Source: Macrostomum lignano (taxonomy: Eukaryota). From it: a stretch of DNA of 64,000 nt. The DNA lies in the NCBI GenBank assembly GCA_002269645.1, contig NIVC01000593.1:367454-431453 (forward strand), in the 5' to 3' direction. Within the stretch, counting starts at the first letter, position 1, and every line of letters begins with the position of its first letter. The notes below the pieces were generated by a model. That model had not been told where the DNA came from and did not search any database. It was given only the letters and a program-made list of their open reading frames with translations. Both the position numbers and the translations under genes were made by a program. Below are positions 26,801 to 48,310 of this stretch, in pieces.

Positions 26801-29800
26801 TAGGTAAGTCGCAAAAGGATTAGGTAAGTCGCAAAAGGGTTAGGTAAGTCGCAAAAGGATTAGGTAAGTCGCAAAAAGGATTAGGTAAGTCGCAAAAAGA
26901 ATCAGGTAAGTCGCAAAAGGATCAGCTAAGTCGCAAAAGGATTAGGTAAGTCGCAAAAGGATTAGGTAAGTCGCAAAAGGGTTAGGTAAGTCGCAAAAAG
27001 GATTAGGTAAGTCGCAAAAAGAAGCAACTAAGTTGCAATAAGAGGGAAGTAAGTCACAATCAGAGGCAATCAGGGGGTAGTAGGTGCAAGTGTGGCAAGA
27101 GAGCAAAAACAGAATAGAAGTCTTCAACCACAGACAAGATCTTTGAAATCAGAAGCCCGCGTCAACAGTTTCCCATTGATTTCTTAAACTCTGGAGCAGG
27201 GGTTGGCAAACTCCGGCTCGCGAAGCCCCTCTATCTGGCCCTCGCCCCTCGGGTTCTTTGAAACTTCCTAACCAGCAAGGTTGGTGTATCTTCAACTCTC
27301 ATCTCTCTCTTCTTCTCTACCTTGCCTCCCCTCTTCTCTCTCTCCCCCTTTTCCCTCTTCTCTCTCGTCTCATTTTTAGTCTCCTCTCTTCTCCCCCTTT
27401 CTCTCTACCCTTTCTCCTCAATGCCCTCTTCTCTTCTCTTATCTTCAGCAAAAATATGTGCATATTTTCTTACTTCAAAGTAGAGGGAATAGAAGATTAG
27501 AGATAAGCAAACAGAGGAGAGGCGAGCGATGCGATGGGAGAAAAGATAGAAGAGGAGAGAAAAGCTGAGGGAGGAAAAAGAGATGAGAGAGAAGAGGAGA
27601 TGAGAGGAAAGAGGAAAGAAAAGATGATGGATGAGATCAGAAGAGAGGAAAGAGGAAAGAGGAGAGAGTAGATGAGAGAAGAGAGGATAAAGAGGAGATG
27701 AGAGGAGAGTGAAGAGAGGAGAGATGAGAGAGTAGAAAAGAGAGGAGAGATAAGATGAGAGAGTAGAGTGGAGAGAGACGAGAGGGAAGATAAGATGAGA
27801 GAGTAGAGTGGAATGGAGAGAGACGAGAGGAGAGATAAGAATGTAGAGAGGAGACAGAAGAGATAGGAGAGGAGAGGAAAGAGAGAAGGGATAAGGGATG
27901 AGAGAGAAAAGAAAAAGAGGATGAGAAGATTGAGGAATGGAGAGAATTTGCAAAGGCCTCAAATCTTAGTTTAACATGCATTACTCCCATCTTTGCCTTT
28001 TTCCTAACTGTTAACAAGTTTTTGTTTGAGCATGACTTCAAATTTAGAATCTATGCAAAAATAGTTCCGGGAATTAGAATTCAGTGGTTTAAAAATCTGT
28101 GGGTTTTCACAGCTTGTATCTCTACTGGATTCGTATTCTGCATCTGATGAGCCATCTGAATCAGGGCTCTCATCTTCCATGCCAAATCGTCTAGCAAATC
28201 GTTCTTGAGCTATAGGTCACACTGTATTCTCTTCACTTACTTCTGGACATTCATGAATCATGACTTTTGTAGTATGCTCACTACACTGTACTGACAATTT
28301 ACTAATTGCTTCATGCCGCCACTAGATGACATACTGATTAGCTGTTATAAAAACGCGAAATCTGCACGCAGCACTAATTAGCTGGCGAGGCAATTAGCTT
28401 TAAATTATGGTCATAGTTACTCCTGCCGTTTACCTAAAGTTTTTGCTTGGCTCTTTCATAGGTAAGTCGCATTTTTTATCGAAAACTAAGTCGCACGGCC
28501 AGCGTAATTTCAGAAGTTGCGCATGTATGATTCGTGTAAAGTGAATTTAGATTCATGTAAACTGAATTAAGATTCGTGTAAAGTGAATTTAGATTCATGT
28601 AAAGTGAATTTAGATTCATGTAAACTGAATTAAGATTCATGTAAACTGAATTAAGATTCGTGTAAAGTGAATTTAGATTCATGTAAATTGAATTAAGATT
28701 CATGTAAACTGAATTAAGATTCGTGTAAAGTGAATTTAGATTCATGTAAACTGAATTAAGATTCATGTAAACTGAACTAAGATTCATGTAAAAGTGAATT
28801 AAGATTCATGTAAACTGAATTAAGATTCGTGTAAAGTGAATGTAGATTCATGTAAACTGAATTAAGATTCGTGTAAAAGTGAATTTAGATTCATGTAAAC
28901 TGAATTAAGATTCATGTAAAAGTGAATTTAGATTCATGTAAACTGAATTAAGATTCATGTAAAAGTGAATTTAGATTCATGTAAACTGAATTAAGATTCA
29001 TGTAAAAGTGAATTTAGATTCATGTAAACTGAATTAAGATTCGTGTAAAGTGAATTTAGATTCATGTAAACTGAATTAAGATTCGTGTAAAGTGAATTTA
29101 GATTCATGTAAACTGAATTAAGATTCATGTAAAAGTGAATTTAGATTCATGTAAACTGAATTAAGATTCGTGTAAAGTGAATTTAGATTCATGTAAACTG
29201 AATTAAGATTCGTGTAAAGTGAATTTAGATTCATGTAAACTGAATTAAGATTCGTGTAAAGTGAATTTAGATTCATGTAAACTGAATTAAGATTCATGTA
29301 AAAGTGAATTTAGATTCATGTAAACTGAATTAAGATTCGTGTAAAGTGAATTTAGATTCATGTAAACTGAATTAAGATTCGTGTAAAAGTGAATTTAGAT
29401 TCATGTAAAGTGAATTTAGATTCATGTAAACTGAATTAAGATTCGTGTAAAGTGAATTTAGATTCATGTAAACTGAATTAAGATTCATGTAAAAGTGAAT
29501 TTAGATTCGTGTAAACTGAATTAAGATTCGTGTAAAGTGAATTTAGATTCATGTAAACTGAATTAAGATTCATGTAAAAGTGAATTTAGATTCATGTAAA
29601 CTGAATTAAGATTCGTGTAAAGTGAATTTAGATTCATGTAAACTGAATTAAGATTCGTGTAAAGTGAATTTAGATTCATGTAAACTGAATTAAGATTCAT
29701 GTAAAAGTGAATTTAGATTCATGTAAACTGAATTAAGATTCGTGTAAAAGTGAATTTAGATTCATGTAAAAGTGAATTTAGATTCATGTAAACTGAAATA

Positions 29801-31957
29801 AGATTCATGTAAAAGTGAATTTAGATTCATGTAAACTGAATTAAGATTCATGTAAAAGTGAATTTAGATTCATGTAAACTGAATTAAGATTCGTGTAAAG
29901 TGAATTTAGATTCATGTAAACTGAATTAAGATTCGTGTAAAGTGAATTTAGATTCATGTAAACTGAATTAAGATTCATGTAAAGTGAATTAAGATTCGTG
30001 TAAAGTGAATGTAGATTCATGTAAACTGAATTAAGATTCGTGTAAAGTGAATTTAGATTCATGTAAACTGAATTAAGATTCGTGTAAAGTGAATGTAGAT
30101 TCATGTAAACTGAATTTAGATTCATGTAAACTGAATTAAGATTCGTGTAAAGTGAATTTAGATTCATGTAAACTGAATTAAGATTCGTGTAAAGTGAATT
30201 TAGATTCATGTAAACTGAATTAAGATTCGTGTAAAGTGAATTTAGATTCATGTAAACTGAATTAAGATTCGTGTAAAGTGAATTTAGATTCATGTAAAGT
30301 GAATTAAGATTCATGTAAACTGAATTAAGATTCGTGTAAAGTGAATTTAGATTCATGTAAAAGTGAATTTAGATTCATGTAAACTGAATTAAGATTCGTG
30401 TAAAGTGAATTTAGATTCATGTAAAGTGAATTAAGATTCATGTAAACTGAATTAAGATTCGTGTAAAGTGAATTTAGATTCATGTAAACTGAATTAAGAT
30501 TCGTGTAAAGTGAATGTAGATTCATGTAAACTGAATTAAGATTCGTGTAAAGTGAATTTAGATTCATGTAAACTGAATTAAGATTCGTGTAAAGTGAATT
30601 TAGATTCATGTAAACTGAATTAAGATTCGTGTAAAGTGAATTTAGATTCATGTAAACTGAATTAAGATTCGTGTAAAGTGAATGTAGATTCATGTAAACT
30701 GAATTAAGATTCATGTAAAAGTGAATTTAGATTCATGTAAACTGAATTAAGATTCATGTAAAGTGAATTTAGATTCATGTAAACTGAATTAAGATTCGTG
30801 TAAAGTGAATTTAGATTCATGTAAACTGAATTAAGATTCGTGTAAAGTGAATTAAGATTCATGTAAACTGAATTAAGATTCGTGTAAAGTGAATTTAGAT
30901 TCATGTAAACTGAATTAAGATTCATGTAAACTGAATTAAGATTCGTGTAAAGTGAATTTAGATTCATGTAAACTGAATTAAGATTCGTGTAAACTGAATT
31001 AAGATTCGTGTAAACTGAATTAAGATTCGTGTAAAGTGAATGTAGATTCATGTAAACTGAATTAAGATTCGTGTAAAGTGAATTTAGATTCATGTAAACT
31101 GAATTAAGATTCGTGTAAAGTGAATTTAGATTCATGTAAACTGAATTAAGATTCGTGTAAAGTGAATGTAGATTCATGTAAACTGAATTAAGATTCATGT
31201 AAAGTGAATGTAGATTCATGTAAACTGAATTAAGATTCGTGTAAAGTGAATTTAGATTCATGTAAACTGAATTAAGATTCGTGTAAAGTGAATTTAGATT
31301 CATGTAAACTGAATTAAGATTCGTGTAAAGTGAATTTAGATTCATGTAAACTGAATTAAGATTCATGTAAAAGTGAATTTAGATTCATGTAAACTGAATT
31401 AAGATTCGTGTAAAGTGAATGTAGATTCATGTAAACTGAATTAAGATTCGTGTAAAGTGAATTTAGATTCATGTAAACTGAATTAAGATTCGTGTAAAGT
31501 GAATTTAGATTCATGTAAACTGAATTAAGATTCATGTAAACTGAATTAAGATTCGTGTAAAGTGAATTTAGATTCGTGTAAAGTGAATTTAGATTCATGT
31601 AAACTGAATTAAGATTCGTGTAAAGTGTAAACTGTAAACTGAATGTAGATTTGAATATAAATCTGGACCACCCCGGGGCACTCTCCGCAGGTGACCTTCT
31701 CCGAGCCCGTGAAGACCTACCTACCCGCCGGCGGCTACGCCATCGACCTGTACGATGAGGACGGCTACGCCCAGTACAGGAAGGCGCAGCGCGGCGAGGC
31801 TGGCAAGTCCTCCGTGCCCGAGCCGATGGCCCGGATCGAATTCGAATATCCGCGAGTCCGGCACAGCCTGTGGGTCCACTCCGAGACTGTGGCCGTGCTG
31901 CTCCTGCTTGGCGCCTCCTTCTACGCCTATTCGGCTCGCAAATCCATCCTTAGCTAA
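23847..31957 (+). CDS. SSR4: Translocon-associated protein delta (TRAP-delta); exons 23847-24110 and 31691-31957 (176 aa), 7.58-kb intron
   Basis: Signal peptide, CEKPSIKSSVYTAADA, SQYQ|VTFS, GGYAIDLYDEDGYAQYRKAQR, WVHSETVAVLL followed by a C-terminal TM segment; phase-0 junction CAG|GTGAGT ... CCGCAG|GTG. Confidence 0.93.
25316..27040. repeat. ~20-21-bp minisatellite (AGGTAAGTCGCAAAAAGGATT/C)n inside the hAT element
   Basis: Direct observation. Confidence 0.96.
27197..27250 (+). mobile_element. Solo Charlie-like hAT terminus
   Basis: CAGGGGTTGGCAAACTCCGGCTCGCG preceded by CTCTGGAG (close to the NTCTAGAN target preference); no partner end seen. Confidence 0.5.
27290..27950. repeat. TC-rich then GA-rich low-complexity tract
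   Basis: Direct observation. Confidence 0.8.
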
Positions 31958-33819
31958 ATTAGCCGAGCAATTAGCAAATCTAAAAGCAGCAATTAGACTG
32001 ATTGTTACCTGTTGAAGCCTCCGTTTAAACACTAGGGTTAATTCTCTTTTCAATTGAATTCGTACAACTAATCTTAATCAAGACTCTGCCAGCTTGTGTG
32101 TCCTTAATTACTATTAATAATATATCTGGTGTCGGCTCGACTGTCATTTTGTTAATATAGTATGAACTGTTGCTTGCTTGTCATTCATATCTATTACATA
32201 AAATAATTAAATGTGTTGGCACAATTTTGATTCCACTGTTTTGTTTCAATGTACGGCACTAAATTTTTGACATTGCTATTAAATTGTTGCCGCCCGCCCG
32301 CGAATGTGTTGCAGAAATAAATGAAAGCGATAAAGAAAGTGCTGCGTTTTCTTTAGTTGGAAAAACTGTTCTCGTTGTGTTTCTATTTTAATGAGTTTTG
32401 TACCTACAAAGTTGGTCGTTGCATAACATTAACACTTAATAAGATAAGGACCAGTCTGCAATGAACATAACACTGCAATATATTAATTCGCTTGCAACAG
32501 TACAGATTTTTAGTTATATAGTAGCGAGCCTAATAATGATAACATTAACTCAACTTTTTATTTCTAATACTCTAATCGTCGAACTCTATGCGCTACATAA
32601 TAACAGTAACAAATAATTATATAGCCGCGATCCATGCAGAATGTATCGTAACATATGTGCATGTACATTTAGTTAATTAATAACTGTCTAAAACAAAAAA
32701 ACTACCGATTTTAACTTTCTGCGGAATTTTTCTCCGCGTTTGAGTTAAAAAGATGGGATTTAACATCGGTTCAATAAAAATTGGTCTAATTAGCACAAGC
32801 TACTCTCAGAGAGTTCAGTAGACAGCTGAACATTTTACTACAAAGCTTGTTTATTTGTCCTCTCACCCTTGAACCCTACGCTCCGCCCAATTTTTATTGC
32901 CTTCCTCGACAGTTCTAACGCTGCCATGTACATTGTGGGTAGCGCTGGCTGCGTCAATGTACATTATGTCGCAGGGCTTTTTCTTCTGTCCTCCAACTAA
33001 CTTTACTAACTGCCACCAAGTTGTTACAGGGGTTATTCCTACAGTTATCCTGATTATACTTGTTTTTACTCCCTAACTTTTTCTTAGAATTTCATTTAAA
33101 TATTTCTGGGTAGCGTTCTTAGTAGCGTTTCTGGTAGCGTTCTGGTAGCTTATGGCTAGCTTTCTGGTAGCTTATGGCCTGAGCGGTCTAGTACTGGTAC
33201 ATGTATTAGTGAATAGTCCTAATCGGGCGTTACCGAGACTAGAGGGTCACGGCGCCTCTCGTAATACTTCTGCGAATTATTCCCCGTTTCCTTTTTCTAA
33301 GCAAATCTCTTGGAATCGTTTCTCAGACTTTGCAAATGAATAAGTCGCTATTCAACTCGAAAGACTTTGAAAGGTTTAGATTGAACTGCTTATTTTGTTC
33401 GCAATATTTGCTTACAGGTAAAAGACAGTTGGAGTATATTTGCCGCAAAACCGCTCCTATATATACCCCTGAATTCCCTAAACATTTATAACAAAAAAAT
33501 TTCCCAATTTATTTCGTGCATTAAAACAAATGATTTTACCGTATTATAACAAACAAACTATTATTTAGCGTTTCGTGTAGATTCAGTTTCTAAGAAAGGT
33601 TACAATATTATTCGAATATACAGCTATTACATTGAAAGAACATTTGAGTATACTATTATAAAGGCATAGCACTAGTACAATTACGTCTAGGCGTCTAAAC
33701 TGATAAAATAATTTTAACTGGCTCTCTTATTATTATAAAATAGCTCGTGAATATTCTTGCTTGCTGCTGAACTGTACTCGTAAGTAAGGGAACTGCTTCA
33801 CTAAACAATATATAACTAA

Positions 33820-36043
<2,224 letters not shown>

Positions 36044-36229
36044 TCCTGCTGTGCTGTGATTTTGCGTCAATTTAATTTTAAAAGAAAATTCCTTTGCAAA
36101 AAGACTTTCTCCACTTTGAGACATATAATTCGACTATATACGTCAGAAATCCTCACTTGATAATTGCGATAATCGCCATTCAGAAAATACCCCTCAAAAA
36201 TCGTCATTCAATAAAACGCCCTTCGAAAG

Positions 36230-36540
36230 TCACTCTTCAAATATCACAATTCGAAATCGCCCTTCCATAATCGCCCTTCCAAAATCGCGCTTCCAAAATC
36301 GCCCTTTCAAAATCTCCCTTCGAATGTCACTCTTCAAAAACACGATTCGAAAATCGCCCTTCCAAAATCCCCTTCGAAAATCGCCCTTCCAAAATCGCCC
36401 TTTCAAAATCTCCCTTCGAATGTCACTCTTCAAAAACACGATTCGAAAATCGCCCTTCCAAAATCCCCTTCGAAAATCGCCCTTCCAAAATCACCCTTCC
36501 AAAATCGCCCTTTCAAAATCGCCCTTCTAAAATCGCCTTC
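36230..36540. repeat. AAAATCGCCCTTCC-based repeat with higher-order duplication
   Basis: Direct observation. Confidence 0.85.
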
Positions 36541-37009
36541 ATATTGACCCTTGTCAGGCACAGGGAATGTTATTATTAGCTTGTATTTTTATACTCTTAA
36601 GTGTGTCTCGCGTATTGCTACTTAGGTGTTTTATGCAGTAGTATAGTTGGCTTATAATCTCTACAGAAAAAACTTTTGCCTCGATTTTGACTCGAGACGA
36701 CTTTTTGCTATTTATTTACCGTCCTAAAAGTAGTTTGTAAAACTTCTCAGTATTTTAATAAAAAGTTTATTAATTTCTCAATTTTGAAGTCGTGCCATTT
36801 TGTTATATTGTTAAGCCATTCCATTTAAAATTTGAATTTTTAAGTTTGTACTGCGAGAATCTCAGTTTTGGCTTTTTTGAATCTCAATCGCTATATTTTA
36901 TTAACATAAATAAACTGTTATTTGAAAACTTTTATAAACTATTGCTACCAAATGTTGAGGACGTTGATGAATTGTTTATTAAGTAAGTCTTTCTCAGAGA
37001 AATACTCAG

Positions 37010-37360
37010 GGATCTGACACTGGGAGATTGGGGATCTGACACTGTGAGATTGGGGATCTGACACTGGGAGACTGGGGATCTGACACTGTGAGATTGGGGA
37101 TCTGAAATTGGGAGATTGGGGATCTGACACTGTGAGATTGGGGATCTGACACTGGGAGACTGGGGATCTGAGACTGTGAGATTGGGGATCTGAAATTGGG
37201 AGATTGGGGATCTGACACTGTGAGATTGGGGATCTGACACTGGGAGACTGGGGATCTGACACTGTGAGATTGGGGATCTGAAATTGGGAGATTGGGGATC
37301 TGACACTGGGAGATTGGGGATCTGACACACTGGGAGATTGAGGATCTGACACTGGGAGCT
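37010..37360. repeat. 22-bp minisatellite (TGGGAGATTGGGGATCTGACAC)n
   Basis: Direct observation. Confidence 0.93.
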
Positions 37361-38508
37361 AATTGGATCTGTGAGGTCAGAGCAACTGATGCAGATGATC
37401 TTAGATCCGGTATGAATTGCACACAGCTATTGTCATTAGCTGATCTCATTCCTATAGGTAGGGGATAATCTGATGACAGGTGGGCGGTCTTTATGTACAT
37501 GTAGGACCGGAATTCCTGCCGATTGATCACGAAGGGTTCAAAGGAGCCCTGCTTCCGCATGCTCATATGCATAAATGATTGTTGGGATGGCAGGAAAAAC
37601 CGTGCTCAGTCAGCAGTTTAGTCTTAGGCTGCGGACGTTGGCATATCCGCAATCCCTTTATCTGACTGCCCTGTCAATCTTGCTTCCCGTTACCATTTGT
37701 CTTTCGCCCTTAAGAATGGGAGCCGCTTTCACTGCGCAGACCTCTTTTAAACCCCGTTCCACCCCTCTCCCCAGATCCTGCGCCGATATCTCCCGTTAGC
37801 GATCTCGCCACGGACACTTTGAACGACAATCCTGGATCATGGTGTCTGTGGACACAGCCCTTCACCTCTATAAAGCTCATTACTACTAGCTAGTTTCAAT
37901 AAGTTTCGTTAATTCCCTTTTAGCTGTCACCTATTGGGCTAATTGAGATAATGCCGTTATTACTGGTGCCCTGAATGGGTGTGTTTCCAATCCCAAATTC
38001 TCAGTCAAGTTGTCCTTGACTCCGGCGTTTTAACCTGTGCCGGGTCTGCGGAAAATTTCGCTTCCTCAAACGCTGCCAGGGCCTTTTCCCCTTCTCTCCC
38101 CGCCTCCGCCCCTCCCAGCGGGAGAAGCAGCTTCCCCTTCTTGAAGGGTGGGGGGGTTGAGCCGCGTCGCCCCTCCCTCGTCAATCTTCCGCGCGCCAAT
38201 CTTTGCAGCAGCCCCGCAACCCGGAGAGACGGGAGAGAGAGAGGATGCCAAGGCCAGGTGATTAACCAATTAGGTGAGCCCGTCACTTCTAATAAAGTCG
38301 GACCGTGTATAAACAAATATAGAGTCCCGGTTTGCGGCGCTAGTACTCTCTCTGTCTTGTTGTTTTCCACATTTGGATTCGGCTTTGTTAATTAGATTTT
38401 TCCTACTCCAATTATTATCGGTTCTGTTTAAACCCTCCCCCAACCAGGACCCATTGATCTCTTAATCCGAATCAGGTAGCGTGTTCGATAGTCTATAAAC
38501 ACGCCTCG

Positions 38509-45621
<7,113 letters not shown>

Positions 45622-46218
45622 TCTCGACTGTTTCCTCTGCTTAACAACAGATATTCATAACTTTTGACAATAAACACACAATTGTTGTTTTTCTGTAAGA
45701 GGTTTCAATGGCTCAGCCACGTTCTCCATCAATAAGTTCTCTTCTCATTCGAACTATTTAATAAATATTTACTAAACATTCCTGAAATCTTTGATTTAAA
45801 GAAACTTGCTTTAACCTGTGCACCTTGCTAATAATATCAATTTCTCAACTTAAGTGATTGCTTTTAGTTAACCGAACTGACGACAATGCTTGTTTTGTCT
45901 TAAACTGCTTGATTTTTAATTCAAAATTAGCATAAAATTATTTATCTCGCTGTTGTATTCATTCACTGAGCAATCGTTCTTTATGGATTCTCTCGTCTTT
46001 ATATAGTTTTAGCAGCCCCTGTTGCACCAAAGTGATTTCTGTTTAAAGTGAGCGCAGCACCCATGGCAACTAAAATAACGACCCTTTTCGTTGTGCAATA
46101 TTGGCTGAAAACTGATGATATTGGCCGTCGCTTGCAAAGCGAGTCGCCATTCTAAATAAAACACGCTTCGTTCCACAAAATTTAATTAGCTCACTTTCTG
46201 CTACTCAATTAGTTATTC

Positions 46219-46761
<543 letters not shown>

Positions 46762-48134
46762 GAATTTTTAAGTTAATGATGACGCAGAGCACGGAGTCGA
46801 ACCCATAGGCACTCTGACTGGGGCGCTTTCAGCATATATATAGTGGCTTTCTACATGTAAAATCCACTATAGTTTTTTTTTTCCACCGCCTCTCCGCCGC
46901 GCTCCTCACTGGGCCAATTATCCCCCGAAAAGATTTTGCTAGCCTCTTAAGAAAAACTAGAAAAAAATTCAGCAAAAGTTAGTGAAAGCAAAAAAAGCAT
47001 TAGCACAACAAACAGCGCGGCAGAACCCATCAAAGTGTTGTGGAGTCCACTCGGAAGCAGAATTGGATGAAGGAGAAAGGTGGCATATAGAGGATAAGGG
47101 TCGGAGGCTGGGGGGCGGATAGACATGGACGCGATCTTCCTGTCTCCGGGGGATGCCCCGCCCCAGCTACCAAGGAGCTATACAACAAGCACCTAATTGC
47201 CTTCCAGGTGCTTTGCACTTGGCCAGGATTCTTCGAGGCAAGCATTTTCCACCCCTCCCCCCCCTCCTAAGCATATCTATGCTTAATTATCGGCCTGGTT
47301 TCCTGTGCGGATGCTGCAGATGAAGCCAGCTTCCGTGCTAAGTGCCCATGGTTATTCGTACGTGCCAGAGACTATATATGCATATATACTGGTTACCCAA
47401 AGCCCAGAGGCTCTTGTCAGTTTATTCAGACCCGCCCTCTTGAATGGCACAGACAGCGGAATGATGAAGCAGATTGGCGCACGGAGCCCCTCTGTCAGCT
47501 GGTCTCCAGCCTCCTCCCCGGTGCTGCCACTTATTCTCCAAGCGCCAAGGTTCAATGGCGGCGGGTGGGAATAGCAGGGGGGTGGGGGTTTAGGCATGGG
47601 GAAAAGCCAGAAAAGGGGGTTAGGAAAGGGAATTCACAACAGGTGACTCTCTGTTCGCTGTAGCCCAGAAATTCCCCTCCGACTGTCTTATCTATCAGCT
47701 CCATCGCATCTCCGCCTGAACTGCAGGGCTACCATACTGATCGAGCTCTGCTATCCTTCAATTTTGCTTCCGTTCGCATTGAATCCGGGGCCATCATGGC
47801 TCTCTGCTGGGCCGCCGCTCCACCCCCCCTCATTGCATGCCCAATTTCTGCAGGAAGTGAAACGTCGGAAGTTGGTAGAAAAAAATCAAAAGGGGAGCTT
47901 TGCCAGAGCATCCCAGAGGCAGCTCCTACCTTAGTAGCTGGAACCGGAGCAGCCCGTACAAGTGTCTAGTCTGTCGCTACTGTCAGGCTACTGTCAGTAG
48001 TAATTTAAATCAATTTACTTTTACTGCGTGTGTTTTAAATATTTGATAAAAAATCTGCATTTTTTATTACCTTGTTAGAATTATCCATTTTGTATGTATT
48101 TTAATGTTTTATTCAATTAAATTTTGAATCAATA

Positions 48135-48310
48135 GGGTTGTAGCCTAGTGGTTAGAGCGTCGGACTTACGACTGAGCGGTCGGGGGTTCGATTCTCGACC
48201 CACTTGAAACAATTTGGGTCCTTGAGCAAGACACTTAGCTCTGCATTGCTTCAGTTCACCCAGCTGTAAAATGGGTGCCAGCATAAGCTGGGGTAATTGA
48301 GGGTGTGTTG
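48135..48310 (+). mobile_element. tRNA-derived SINE with CORE-like central domain
   Basis: A box TAGCCTAGTGG, B box GGTTCGATTC, followed by GTCCTTGAGCAAGACACTTAG...CAGTTCACCCAGCTGTAAAATGGG, which resembles the MIR/CORE consensus. Confidence 0.7.

Larger units (their letters stand above)
25255..28529. mobile_element. Non-autonomous hAT-type DNA transposon inserted in the SSR4 intron satellite
   Basis: Perfect 15-bp TIR CATACATGCGCAACT (25255-25269) / AGTTGCGCATGTATG (28515-28529), a further matching GCTGGCCG/CGGCCAGC block, and 8-bp direct flanks ATTCGTGT (25247-25254, 28530-28537). An 8-bp TSD with CA...TG ends is typical of hAT. Confidence 0.8.
24135..31650. repeat. 21(22)-bp satellite (GTAAACTGAATTAAGATTC[A/G]T / GTAAAGTGAATTTAGATTCAT), two arms 24135-25254 and 28530-31650 split by the hAT insertion
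   Basis: Direct observation. Confidence 0.96.

Noticed and set aside
25316-27040. Recursive-splicing ratchet points (AG|GT)
   Set aside because: The AG|GTAAGT motifs are preceded by purine-rich CGCAAAAAGGAT, not a polypyrimidine tract, so they look like donors only.
28476-31598. MNLNSLY/TNLNSVY minus-strand ORFs resembling a repeat protein
   Set aside because: Stop-free by-product of a 21-bp unit; frames are broken by 22-bp variants; antisense to the SSR4 intron.
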